This document shows, piece by piece, positions 16,648-25,562 of a stretch of DNA of 37,997 nucleotides. Within the stretch, counting starts at the first letter, position 1. Each line of letters begins with the position of its first letter. A program made the position numbers and the translations under genes. Below the pieces are notes generated by a model. That model did no database searches. It was not told where the DNA came from and saw only the letters and a list, made by a program, of their open reading frames with translations. The stretch is from an uncultured Spirochaetaceae bacterium (lineage in GTDB: Bacteria > Spirochaetota > Spirochaetia > DSM-27196 > PWMO01): positions 1-37,997 of the forward strand of contig CAZLDK010000003.1 in the NCBI GenBank assembly GCA_964558285.1, written 5' to 3'.

Positions 16648-17232
16648 ATGCGCAATTACGAAGCGGTCTGTGTATTCCGGACCGACGAAGACAATTTTCC
16701 CAAGGGACAAGAGGCCATTAAGGCCCACCTTGCCGACCTTGGCGCTACCTTTATCAAAGAAGAGGACATGGGCCAACGGGCCCTTGCCTACTCGATCAAA
16801 AAGCAGGTTCAGGGCCACTACTACGTTTACTACGTCCAGATGGATCCGCAACAGGCCCATCAGGTGGAAGACAAGGTGCGTCACCAGGAACAGCTTCTTC
16901 GCTTTCTGATGGTGCGACGCGACGAAGACGAGAAGGTTGCACCGGAAAAGCCCGGGGCAGCGCCGGAGAGAGACCAGGCTTCACCGGAGCAACCCGCGGC
17001 AGCCCCCGAAGAGCCCGCAGCCGAAGAGCCGGCTGCCGAAGAACCCGCAGCCGAAGAACCCGCAGCCGAAGAACCTGCTGCCGAAGAGCCCGCAGCCGAA
17101 GAGCCGGCAGCGGCGCCGGAGAAGGCAGAAGCCGCGTCTGAAGAGCCCGCGGCGGCGCCGGAGACAGCCGAAGCGGTACCGGAAGAGCCCAAAAAGCCTG
17201 CGGAACCCACGAATGCCACAGAGGGTGGCTGA
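16648..17232 (+). CDS. rpsF: 30S ribosomal protein S6 with long acidic Pro/Ala/Glu C-terminal extension
   Basis: MRNYEAVCVFR... S6 core of about 95 aa, then a tail of about 95 aa. SD AAGGAGGA. Followed by ssb and rpsR. Confidence 0.95.
   Translation: MRNYEAVCVFRTDEDNFPKGQEAIKAHLADLGATFIKEEDMGQRALAYSIKKQVQGHYYVYYVQMDPQQAHQVEDKVRHQEQLLRFLMVRRDEDEKVAPEKPGAAPERDQASPEQPAAAPEEPAAEEPAAEEPAAEEPAAEEPAAEEPAAEEPAAAPEKAEAASEEPAAAPETAEAVPEEPKKPAEPTNATEGG
17008..17112 (+). repeat. 7 tandem copies of a 15 nt unit (GAAGARCCNGCNGCC) encoding (EEPAA)7 inside rpsF
   Basis: Units read directly at 17008, 17023, 17038, 17053, 17068, 17083 and 17098. Units 3 and 4 are identical and the others differ at 1-3 mostly synonymous positions. 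Confidence 0.95.
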
Positions 17233-17239
17233 TTAGATC

Positions 17240-17674
17240 ATGCGAGATATCAACCGCGTCGTTTTGGTGGGCCGTCTTACCCGTGACGCAGACTACAAAG
17301 TTACCAACTCCGGTTTGCAGATAAGCAACTTCAGCGTAGCCGTCAACCGCACTAAAAAGGACGGCGACCAATTTGTCGACGAGGCCAACTTCTTCGATTG
17401 CGAATACTTCGGGCGCGCAGCCGAGGCGGTCAATCGCTACTTGGTCAAGGGCAAGCAGGTCGCTATCGACGGCGAGCTTCGTCACCAGAAATGGGAGCAA
17501 GAAGGCCAGCCACGAAGCAAGGTGGTCGTCAACGTGCGAGAGCTTCAATTGCTCGGCGGCGGCGATCGCGGAGGCTCAGGCGGTTCGGACCGGCGGAGCG
17601 AGCCACAGCACTCTTCGGGCTCGCAGCAATCCTCGGATACCGGCAGCTCATTCGAAGACGACGTCCCCTTCTAA
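17240..17674 (+). CDS. ssb: single-stranded DNA-binding protein
   Basis: OB-fold N-terminus [16 protein letters not shown], a Gly/Ser-rich linker, and the acidic tip EDDVPF. Confidence 0.95.
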   Translation: MRDINRVVLVGRLTRDADYKVTNSGLQISNFSVAVNRTKKDGDQFVDEANFFDCEYFGRAAEAVNRYLVKGKQVAIDGELRHQKWEQEGQPRSKVVVNVRELQLLGGGDRGGSGGSDRRSEPQHSSGSQQSSDTGSSFEDDVPF

Positions 17675-17684
17675 GGAGGAATAC

Positions 17685-18071
17685 ATGTCAGACCAAAACA
17701 CGAGTTCAGAGGACCGATATCAGGGCTCCGGATCCCGCCCCCGGAGTGATTATCGGGGTGGCGGTAGCCGCGACGATCGCGGCGGCGACGGGCGAGACGA
17801 CAGCCGCGACGATCGCGGTGGCGGCCGCGGAGGTTACCGAGGCCGAGGCGGCGGAGGTGGTGGGCGACCCTACTTTCGGCGGAAAGTCGACAAGATCAAG
17901 ACCCAGAACTTGGTCGTTGACTACAAGCGCCCCGATGTTCTTCGACGGTTCGTGACCGAGAAGGGCAAGATTCTTCCCCGACGCATTACAGGTACGTCGG
18001 CCAAGAACCAGCGGCGCCTGGTTCGAGAGATCAAGAGAGCACGGTATCTTGGTCTCCTCCCCATGGGCTGA
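17685..18071 (+). CDS. rpsR: 30S ribosomal protein S18 with about 60 aa Arg/Gly/Asp-rich N-terminal extension
   Basis: Core [10 protein letters not shown]...[51 protein letters not shown] 17685 follows the SD AAGGAGGA. The longer track ORF (17373) overlaps ssb. Confidence 0.93.
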   Translation: MSDQNTSSEDRYQGSGSRPRSDYRGGGSRDDRGGDGRDDSRDDRGGGRGGYRGRGGGGGGRPYFRRKVDKIKTQNLVVDYKRPDVLRRFVTEKGKILPRRITGTSAKNQRRLVREIKRARYLGLLPMG

Positions 18072-18087
18072 CGCACTACGGAGTACC

Positions 18088-19053
18088 ATGGGTGAGCGCC
18101 CCAACAGTCAACGGCTGGTCGAGGCAATAAGCCTCGGCCTCCTCGGCGGCCTGTTTTTTCAGTCTTCACTCTTTGTCTTTGTCTTTCTGGTGCCCATACA
18201 GATCGTTCGGGTACGTCACGGACAGAGCTTTGGGGTGCTCTCAGGAGCCGGCGCCCTCGCCGCGGTTTCGGCGTTCAAACTCTACCAAGCGGCTCGGCTG
18301 GATCTCTTCGAGACCCACCCGTCGTTGGTGGCCGCGGATTTGGTTGTGCCGGTCCTCTTGATCGGCGGGTTGCTCCTCATCGATACGGACCTCGTGCCCC
18401 TGCGGCGACGTCTCTATCGGTTCCTTGTAGCCGTCGGGGTTACCGGGCTACTGGGGCTACCGTTTTTCTTGCATCCCCGGACCGGGGATGTTTTGCGAAG
18501 TCTCGTCGAGCTGCACTTAAGCGCAGCCGGCGTTCTTTCCGAAGGCGATGCCTTGGTCAGCGCCCAGTTGGACCTTGTTTTGGAGCGTGTGACCGACGTT
18601 GTGCGGAGCACCTTCCTTTTGGGCTACTGTGCCGTGCTCACGTCCAACTGGTACATGGGAACGGTATTGGGAATGCGAAGCCGGGGACGAATCGACGGCT
18701 ATCCGGAGCTGCAACGGTTCTTTTTACCGGCCGAAATGGTCTGGTACCTTGTGGTTTCTCTGGCCGTCGCGTTGATGGCACGAGTTTTTGACGCCGAAAC
18801 GATTGGGTACATCGCTTGGAACGTTGTTTCGGTGATTGCCTTCTTGTACGCTCTTCAAGGAGTCGGTATTCTCTGGTACTTGATGGAGCGAAGCGGCGCG
18901 CCGCCGTCGGTGCGGCTCCTTGCGCCGCCGGTCCTGGCCATTCTTTTGTTTGTGCCGGGGCTCAACTACATCGTGCTCCTGGGGCTTCCGGGTCTCGGAG
19001 TAAGTGAAACGTGGATTCAGCACAGAAGTGGCTTAGAGCAGGAGGAACAATAA
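18088..19053 (+). CDS. DUF2232 (YybS-like) polytopic membrane protein
   Basis: Multi-TM protein in the conserved position between rpsR and rplI, as for yybS in Firmicutes. ATG 18088 is preferred. Its stop overlaps the rplI start (TAATG). Confidence 0.7.
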   Translation: MGERPNSQRLVEAISLGLLGGLFFQSSLFVFVFLVPIQIVRVRHGQSFGVLSGAGALAAVSAFKLYQAARLDLFETHPSLVAADLVVPVLLIGGLLLIDTDLVPLRRRLYRFLVAVGVTGLLGLPFFLHPRTGDVLRSLVELHLSAAGVLSEGDALVSAQLDLVLERVTDVVRSTFLLGYCAVLTSNWYMGTVLGMRSRGRIDGYPELQRFFLPAEMVWYLVVSLAVALMARVFDAETIGYIAWNVVSVIAFLYALQGVGILWYLMERSGAPPSVRLLAPPVLAILLFVPGLNYIVLLGLPGLGVSETWIQHRSGLEQEEQ

Positions 19054-19637
19054 TGCGAGTAATTCTGAACCGGGACGTCCCGAATCTCGGGGAAGAGGGC
19101 GACGTACGAGACGTTGCCCCGGGCTACGCCCGTAACTACCTCATGCCGAAGGGACTGGTAATCACCTACAACCAACAGAACCTTACGGAAATAGAGAATC
19201 GACGAGAGGTAATCGAGCAGCGCAAGACCGAGAAGCGCAGGTCTGCGATGAGCACCAAAGAGCGCCTCGAAGGCCAGGAGTTGGTTATCGAGGTGACTGC
19301 CGGGCAGAACGGTCGGCTCTTCGGCTCTGTTACTACCGCCAATATTGTCGAAGCCCTCGCCAAGGAAGGGCTGGATATCGAGCGTAAGAGGGTCGACATC
19401 CCGGATGGAACCATCAAGTCCGTCGGAGTGCACCCGGTGCGGATAAAGCTCTACGAAGACCAGGAAGCAAGCATAAAGGTCCGGGTCAAGCCGCAGGGTG
19501 GCGCAGAAGCGCCGCCGGAAGCAGCCGAGGAGCAAGCGGCTGCCGCGGCCCCGATGCCCGACACGTCGGCATCCGAGACGCTGGAGGAAGCGCCCGGCGA
19601 CACCGAAGATTCCGTGCAAGAGGAAGAGGCGGACTAA
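19053..19637 (+). CDS. rplI: 50S ribosomal protein L9 with acidic C-terminal tail
   Basis: MRVILNRDVPNLGEEGDVRDVAPGYARNYLMPKGL. SD AGGAGGA. About 44 extra Ala/Glu-rich residues at the C-terminus. Confidence 0.95.
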   Translation: MRVILNRDVPNLGEEGDVRDVAPGYARNYLMPKGLVITYNQQNLTEIENRREVIEQRKTEKRRSAMSTKERLEGQELVIEVTAGQNGRLFGSVTTANIVEALAKEGLDIERKRVDIPDGTIKSVGVHPVRIKLYEDQEASIKVRVKPQGGAEAPPEAAEEQAAAAAPMPDTSASETLEEAPGDTEDSVQEEEAD

Positions 19638-19643
19638 ACCCAC

Positions 19644-20984
19644 GTGGCTTCGGCACCACTAAAGGACCGCATACCTCCTCACAACGCCGATGCGGAGGTG
19701 GCCGCGTTAGGTGCCATACTCCTAGACCCCGGGACGCTGGACGAGCTTTTATCCTTTCTGCGTCCCGAAGACTTCTACAAATCCTCTCACGGCCGCATTT
19801 TCGAGGCCGTCATCGCTCTCTCCGAGCGAGGGGAGGAGATCGACCTGATCACGGTTACCCACGAGCTCCGGGCCAAAGGGCAGCTGGACCAGGTCGGCGG
19901 GGCGGCCTACGTCTCCTCCTTAAGCTCCAACGTCCCCACGAGCGCAAACGTCGAGTACTACGCCCGTATCGTAAAGGAGGCGAGCGTTCGGCGCCGGCTC
20001 ATTCGGATCTCCCACGAGGTTCTTGCCTCCGCATACGACGACAGTCAGGATAGCCGTCGGGTTATCGAGGAGGCGGAAAAGCGCATCTTCGACGTCGCCG
20101 AAGGAACCCAGCACGTCAGCTTTCTCCCGGCCCGGGAGATTGTCGAACGGACCGTCGAAGCCATCGAGCGGCTCTACCACACCAAAGACAACTACACCGG
20201 CATCCCGAGCGGGTTTCCGGCTCTGGACAATATGCTCAGCGGATTCCAGGACTCGGAGTTCATCATCGTCGGGGCTCGACCCTCCGTCGGCAAAACCGCC
20301 TTGGCCCTGACGATTACGGCGAACATCGCCATCCATCAAAAGGTGCCCTGTGGCTTCTTTACCTTGGAGATGTCGAATATGGCGTTGATGCAGCGGCTCA
20401 TCGCCAGCGAGGCCCGAATCGGATCCCAGACCCTCCGGACCGGTATGCTCAAACCGTCGGACTTCAAAAGCCTTACCGATGCGGCGGGCCTTATCTACGA
20501 GGCGCCGCTTTGGATTACCGATGTCCCGAACATGAAGCTTCTCGACCTTCGCTCCCAAGCGCGGCGTATGGTGGCGCAGTTGGGCGTTCGGATCATCTTT
20601 ATCGATTACATTACCCTGATCAGCTCGGAGAACGCCGACCTGCCGAGACACGAGCAGATAGCCGAAATCTCCCGCTCTCTCAAGGCCCTCGCCCGCGAGT
20701 TGGAGATTCCGATTGTCGCCCTCTCTCAGCTTACCCGTGACTCCGAGGGAAAGCGACCGACCCTGGCCAATATCCGGGAGTCCGGCTCCATCGAGCAGGA
20801 CGCCGACGTTGTAATTTTTCTGCACCGAGATCGGGGGAGCGACCGGGACACGGAGGGTATTCCGAACGTAATCGAAACAGAGCTGGTCGTTGCAAAGCAG
20901 CGGAACGGCCCCGTTGGGACGGTGCGGATTGCCTTTGTTCCGAAGTATACGAAATTCGAATCGCTTGCCGAGCAGCCGTACTAA
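19644..20984 (+). CDS. dnaB: replicative DNA helicase DnaB
   Basis: N-terminal IPPHNADAEVAALGAILLD, Walker A GARPSVGKTALAL, Walker B IIFIDYITLI, and SGSIEQDADVVIFLHR. GTG start. Confidence 0.95.
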   Translation: MASAPLKDRIPPHNADAEVAALGAILLDPGTLDELLSFLRPEDFYKSSHGRIFEAVIALSERGEEIDLITVTHELRAKGQLDQVGGAAYVSSLSSNVPTSANVEYYARIVKEASVRRRLIRISHEVLASAYDDSQDSRRVIEEAEKRIFDVAEGTQHVSFLPAREIVERTVEAIERLYHTKDNYTGIPSGFPALDNMLSGFQDSEFIIVGARPSVGKTALALTITANIAIHQKVPCGFFTLEMSNMALMQRLIASEARIGSQTLRTGMLKPSDFKSLTDAAGLIYEAPLWITDVPNMKLLDLRSQARRMVAQLGVRIIFIDYITLISSENADLPRHEQIAEISRSLKALARELEIPIVALSQLTRDSEGKRPTLANIRESGSIEQDADVVIFLHRDRGSDRDTEGIPNVIETELVVAKQRNGPVGTVRIAFVPKYTKFESLAEQPY

Positions 20985-20996
20985 GAGGAGGTTCCT

Positions 20997-21293
20997 GTGA
21001 GCCTGCGGGAATACGTTGACTTTGAATCGCTTGAAAACGCCGCGGAAGAGCTGGTCATCGACGAGCTGGAGCGTCAGTTGGAGGGGAGCATCGACCCTCG
21101 CGTTCCTCGCAACGCCGAAGCGGTTCTCGACATGGCGGCCTACGCTCTCAACATTGTCAAACCGATGTACCGGGTCAATCTTCTGGGAAGACTCTACACC
21201 GAAGCCCTCCACGCAGAGTACGGCGGAATAATCCGCTCGGCTGTCCGGGAGGCAATCGACCGAATTTCCAAGAATCCTCCGGCATCCGGTTAG
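20997..21293 (+). CDS. ComFB-like small protein (late competence development protein ComFB family), Cys-less
   Basis: 98 aa. NAAEELVIDELERQL...AVLDMAAYALNIVKPMYRV...AVREAIDRISKNP matches my memory of the ComFB pattern. GTG start 5 nt after the SD GAGGAGG. Confidence 0.6.
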   Translation: MSLREYVDFESLENAAEELVIDELERQLEGSIDPRVPRNAEAVLDMAAYALNIVKPMYRVNLLGRLYTEALHAEYGGIIRSAVREAIDRISKNPPASG

Positions 21294-23341
21294 CGGCGCA
21301 GGACCTCGACGTCGAGACGGTAGCGCTCGACATTTGGTGACTGTCCGGCGCGGGTCTCCGTGGTCGTTAACCGCTCGAGAACTCGTTCGCTCGAAGGGAC
21401 AAAGCTTCTGCGATCCGAGAAGACCACCCATTCTCCGTCTTGGAAGACCTGCATAGTGTAACGCAGCCGCCGGGAAGCCCGGTCCCAGGCATAGAGGGCC
21501 CCGTCGTTGCCCGCCGCCACCACAAGGCTGCCGTAGACCGCCGCCGAGACCGGGAAGGTGTCCGAAGACTCGAAGGGTATCCATCTCCGTCCGTCGTACT
21601 CCGCCAGCTCTCCCGTCGCGAGGTCCGAAATAACGCGGCCATTGTCCGGGGCCACAAGGAGCACGGCGTCGAGAATCTCTTCGTTGCGCTCCACAAGGAC
21701 GGTTCGGCGATCGAAGGAGGATCCGCTGTACCGCGTCAAGGCCGTCGATGTCTCGTCACCCCGACGGATAAGCTCGACGGCGTAGAGAACCCGGTAGTTC
21801 GGTGATACCGCGAGGCGGTACGCCAAGAACGCTTCGCTGGGAAGCGGAACGGTCTCTCCGGTCACCGTATTTATCTGGACCAGAGAGGAGTCGAAGGTGT
21901 CGGATCGCGTCCTTCCGACGACGACTCGGTTTCTCGCAAGACGTACCGCCGCTTCGATGCCTACCGCTGAGTAGAGCAACTCTGCCGAAAGAGTCTCGGA
22001 GTCCAAGGACACTACCGACCCGCTTGCCTGAACCACCAAGAAGCCGTCTGGTCCTACGGATATGGTCCTGATCCCCTGGGTAATATCGGCGACCGGCTCC
22101 GGTCGGCGGAGGTTGGTCGCGTCGAGGAGACCCCTCCCGCGGCTTCCCGGCTGCCAGAGCAAGAGAGTGCCGTCTTCGGAAACGTCGAGGCGCGATCGGT
22201 TACCCAGCGGATTCTCAACCCTCTCGAAACTGATCGAGCCGTCTCGGGCGTTCAGGTCTCCGTTCATGACCAGAGGGCTCGAGACGGAAAAGAGCGCCTC
22301 TTCCGTTGCGAGGTAGAGAGTGTCATCGTGACCAACCACTGAGGTGACGCTATCTACCGTTCGTTCCGCCAAGGTCGTAGGGGAGTTACCGCCGAAGGGA
22401 AGGAACTCCAGTTCCCCGAATCGAGTTCCCCCGAGAAGCCGGGAGCCGGAAAAGGAGAGCGCCGACGGCTCCCAGTCGCGCAGGTTCGTGTTCCAGAAGA
22501 GGGAAGAGATTTGGTCTCGGGAGAAGCGGTATCCCGACAGCTCGCCGTCGCTTCCAACTACTGCGATCGCCCCGCTGTCCGGGTGAACCGTAACCGAGGC
22601 GACGGCCCCAACGGAGGTCCGGGCCTCCACCCGGCCGTCCACGATATCGATCACAACGAGCTCCTCCCGGGAGATAGCAGCCACATGGCGCCGAGAGGGT
22701 AGGAGTGAAAGGTGCTCCAGTTGGGTTCCGATTCGCAACGATTCGATACGCCTGCCGGTTCGAAGATCGAAGTAGAATATCTCGCCGGTTGCCGGAGCGT
22801 AGGTCATGATATTGTTTTCGCTCCGGGCCACGACGAAGTAGGTGACTACGCCGAACGCCAGGTTGACCAGCGATCGGCTCTGACCGCTATCGGCATCGAG
22901 AAACCGCAGGCTTCTGATGTCGGAGACGGAATAGACCAAATAGCTTCCCTGGGGGGAAAACTCGATATGGGTGATGGGATACGATTCGGTAACCCCGTAG
23001 AGCTCTCGTCTCTGACGCCAGTTCCAGGCACTTACGCGATACTCCCTGGGGCCCTGGGCTTGGACGACCGCTATGACGTCGCTATCGCTTCTTATCGCGA
23101 CCCGGACGACCGGGTAGGGGCCCACGTTGACCCGGCTCAGGAGCCGACCAGACTCGGTCCACACGTTGACCGTACCGTCGGCACCTGCCGTGGCGATAAA
23201 CTGCGCATCCCCGTCGACGGCCATGTCGCGGACCGCCGCGGTATGAGCAGTTTGGACGAGTACCTGTCCAAAAGCCGACGTCAGCGAGAGCGAACAAACA
23301 AAAAGAGTAAACAGAAAGTACTTTCTCATCAGCGGCCTCAT
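21290..23341 (-). CDS. secreted WD40-like/beta-propeller repeat protein (683 aa)
   Basis: Signal peptide MRPLMRKYFLFTLFVCSLSLTSAFGQ, with a possible relaxed lipobox LFVC. Repeated strand patterns include IATAGADGTVNVW and VVAAGNDGALYAW. Start overlaps the rseP stop (ATGA-type coupling). Confidence 0.75.
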   Translation of the reverse strand: MRPLMRKYFLFTLFVCSLSLTSAFGQVLVQTAHTAAVRDMAVDGDAQFIATAGADGTVNVWTESGRLLSRVNVGPYPVVRVAIRSDSDVIAVVQAQGPREYRVSAWNWRQRRELYGVTESYPITHIEFSPQGSYLVYSVSDIRSLRFLDADSGQSRSLVNLAFGVVTYFVVARSENNIMTYAPATGEIFYFDLRTGRRIESLRIGTQLEHLSLLPSRRHVAAISREELVVIDIVDGRVEARTSVGAVASVTVHPDSGAIAVVGSDGELSGYRFSRDQISSLFWNTNLRDWEPSALSFSGSRLLGGTRFGELEFLPFGGNSPTTLAERTVDSVTSVVGHDDTLYLATEEALFSVSSPLVMNGDLNARDGSISFERVENPLGNRSRLDVSEDGTLLLWQPGSRGRGLLDATNLRRPEPVADITQGIRTISVGPDGFLVVQASGSVVSLDSETLSAELLYSAVGIEAAVRLARNRVVVGRTRSDTFDSSLVQINTVTGETVPLPSEAFLAYRLAVSPNYRVLYAVELIRRGDETSTALTRYSGSSFDRRTVLVERNEEILDAVLLVAPDNGRVISDLATGELAEYDGRRWIPFESSDTFPVSAAVYGSLVVAAGNDGALYAWDRASRRLRYTMQVFQDGEWVVFSDRRSFVPSSERVLERLTTTETRAGQSPNVERYRLDVEVLRR

Positions 23342-24693
23342 CTTCCAGCAAGAAACATTACATCGCCCAAGAGGGCAAGAACGATCAATGCGAGTACGAT
23401 AACGGTGCCCACCATCTGATAACGATACACTATCTTCGGCTTCAAGGGGCGCCCACTCATTCCTTCGATCGTGTAGAGAAGAATCTGGCCTCCGTCCAAG
23501 ACGGGAATCGGTAGAAGATTCATGATAAAGAGGGCAACGCTCAGGACGCTCAAGAAGCTAAAGAAAGAGCGTACCGCCTCTCCAAGCCCCGTTGCCAGGC
23601 CGCTCGTCGCGACCTCTCCGACTATGTAGGTAATTCTTAAGGGTCCGGCAACCGCCTGGGTGACGTCGACTCCTCGAAACAGCAAGCTGATGCTTCGGAC
23701 CGAAAGAACGACGGTATCGACGGTCTCTTTGACTCCCCGTCCCACTGCTTGGATAGGACCGTAGTTCGGCGATTCGACGACTACCGGTTCGAAGGCGATG
23801 CCGATGTCTGGTTGACCGGTTTCCGGATCTGTCCCGGGAACAATGGTCGTCTCCAGCCGGCTTCCGTTCCGAGAGACGGTCAACTCCGCGGGGCGCGCGC
23901 TGTCGCCGATTGCCTCCCGGAACGCGAGGGCATGCTCGACTTCCTGCCCGTTGACCGAGAGGATCCGATCCCCAGCCTGGAGACCCGCCGCGTCCCCGGA
24001 AGACCCTTCTTCCACCCTCCCGACAACGGGGTCGATCCAGGGATAGACGCCGATCTGTCCGGCTCCGGTCTGGGCGTTCAGTCGGGGCTCGAGGGTTACC
24101 GTCTGTTCTCGGCCGTTTCGCCGGAGAGTCACCGACAGCTGTTCCTCCGGCGCCCGGGCGACGGTCTGTTGAATGTCCCGGAAGCTACTAATCGGCCGTC
24201 CGTCGATCTCCACGATTACGTCCCCGGACTCGAGACCCGCCTCCTCCGCCGGGAACGTGCCCTCGGAGTAGTCGCTTGCGAGGATAATACGATTCGGGAA
24301 GGTCTCGATGGAGAATCCTATACCCCACATAATCGCAAAGGCGACAACCGCGAAGAGCAGATTGACGGTGGGCCCGGCGATTGCAACGAAAATGCGTTGA
24401 AGCGGAGAAGCACCGAAAAAGCTCCCCGGCTCTCGGGGAATCTCTTCGGCTTCTTCCTGCCAGGCAGTACGGAGCGACTCTTCGCCGCGCATCTTGCAGA
24501 ATCCACCGATGGGAAAGACGCTTATCTGATACTCGGTTCCCTTGTAGCTGAAACCTGCGAGGCGTCGCCCCCACCCGAGGGAGAAGACTTCGACATCGAT
24601 TCCAACAAGCTTCGCGGCGATCAGATGTCCGAGCTCGTGTACAAATACCACGATACCGAGACCGACGAGACCAATGGCAATATTTAGAATCAT
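23338..24693 (-). CDS. rseP: RIP site-2 zinc metalloprotease RseP (M50 family, two PDZ domains)
   Basis: HELGHLIAAK (HExxH), PDZ-like segments, and the NLLPIPVLDGG motif. Confidence 0.93.
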   Translation of the reverse strand: MILNIAIGLVGLGIVVFVHELGHLIAAKLVGIDVEVFSLGWGRRLAGFSYKGTEYQISVFPIGGFCKMRGEESLRTAWQEEAEEIPREPGSFFGASPLQRIFVAIAGPTVNLLFAVVAFAIMWGIGFSIETFPNRIILASDYSEGTFPAEEAGLESGDVIVEIDGRPISSFRDIQQTVARAPEEQLSVTLRRNGREQTVTLEPRLNAQTGAGQIGVYPWIDPVVGRVEEGSSGDAAGLQAGDRILSVNGQEVEHALAFREAIGDSARPAELTVSRNGSRLETTIVPGTDPETGQPDIGIAFEPVVVESPNYGPIQAVGRGVKETVDTVVLSVRSISLLFRGVDVTQAVAGPLRITYIVGEVATSGLATGLGEAVRSFFSFLSVLSVALFIMNLLPIPVLDGGQILLYTIEGMSGRPLKPKIVYRYQMVGTVIVLALIVLALLGDVMFLAGR

Positions 24694-24707
24694 ATTTTTT
24701 CTCTAAC

Positions 24708-25562
24708 TCACTGTACGAAAAGGAGTGCGTAAAGATAGAAAAACACCGGCGCCGCGAAGAGGGGGGAGTCGATCGAATCGAGAATACCCCCTCGGCCCGG
24801 GATTATCTGCCCGGAATCCTTGACCGTCGCCGACCGCTTAAGGGCCGATTCGGCGAGATCCCCAAGAATGGTCGCGACGCCGAGGGCACAACCGAAGGCG
24901 ATGGACGCCCAAACCGGGCCGGGAAAGAGCGCCGGCCGAAGGGCTCTCGCTGCAAGAATAACCCCCGGGGAGACCAAAAAGCCGAAGACAAAGCCAACGA
25001 GACTCTTCTTCGGGCTTATCGACACTACCTTCCGGCTGTTCTTCCCGAAGAGCATGCCGGCCACGTAGGCACCGGCGTCGTTTAAATATACTGCTCCGAT
25101 CAGGACGAGGAGAAGCTCCGAGGCGCCGGGATAGACCGAAAGAAGAATGAGGTAGGCGAGAAAGAGACCAGGATAGACGATGATGGCCGCGTGGGCCGAC
25201 ACCGTCGGGAGGATCGCGTCGAACTCCTCCTCGTTCGGCCGAAAGGCCTGGACCGCTAGAACGACCCCGAGGACCGCGAGGATAACCCCGGGGAAAAGAC
25301 CCGGCGAGGCTCCGCCGTGGACAACCGCCATCGCAGCAGCCGGAAGAGTGGCACCGATTATCGGCAGCAGCACTCCACTGCCGCGGTATGCGGATAACCG
25401 TTTCTCGAAGAGACGGCCCAACTCCCTCGCCCCGAGGGCCGAGGCTGCAACCACCACTAGGTGAAAAGCAAGGTTGTCGTTCTCCCGCCCCGAAAGCACC
25501 AGCGCCACCAGTCCGGGAATTCCAACGACGAAGACGAGGATGCGGAAGAAGAGGTTCCTCAT
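24708..25562 (-). CDS. cdsA: phosphatidate cytidylyltransferase
   Basis: Polytopic protein with the C-terminal signature SALKRSATVKDSGQIIPGRGGILDSIDS. Overlaps the uppS stop. Confidence 0.9.
   Translation of the reverse strand: MRNLFFRILVFVVGIPGLVALVLSGRENDNLAFHLVVVAASALGARELGRLFEKRLSAYRGSGVLLPIIGATLPAAAMAVVHGGASPGLFPGVILAVLGVVLAVQAFRPNEEEFDAILPTVSAHAAIIVYPGLFLAYLILLSVYPGASELLLVLIGAVYLNDAGAYVAGMLFGKNSRKVVSISPKKSLVGFVFGFLVSPGVILAARALRPALFPGPVWASIAFGCALGVATILGDLAESALKRSATVKDSGQIIPGRGGILDSIDSPLFAAPVFFYLYALLFVQ

Noticed and set aside
16546-16884. Upstream part of minus-strand ORF 16087-16884
   Set aside because: It overlaps the rpsF promoter, leader and coding region on the opposite strand, and rpsF is unambiguous. 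Trimmed to ATG 16545.
16796-17548. Minus-strand ORFs 16796-17548 and 16881-17219 (AAGSS repeats), and plus-strand ORF 16937-17236
   Set aside because: They are mirror or alternative-frame readings of the S6 tail tandem repeat and of ssb. The repeat keeps all frames open.
18776-18792. TGGCAC hexamers at 18776-18781 (plus strand) and 10743-10748 as extra sigma54 promoters
   Set aside because: Neither has a GC dinucleotide at the correct -12 spacing (TGGCACGAGTTTTTGA and TGGCACCTATTGCT), and both lie inside coding regions.
19920-21584. 554 aa minus-strand ORF
   Set aside because: It lies antisense to dnaB and the ComFB-like gene and is Arg/Gly/Pro-rich with no motifs. DnaB on the plus strand has all the helicase motifs.
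23749-24687. 312 aa plus-strand ORF
   Set aside because: It lies antisense to rseP, which carries HExxH, PDZ and LDG motifs. It is a shadow ORF.
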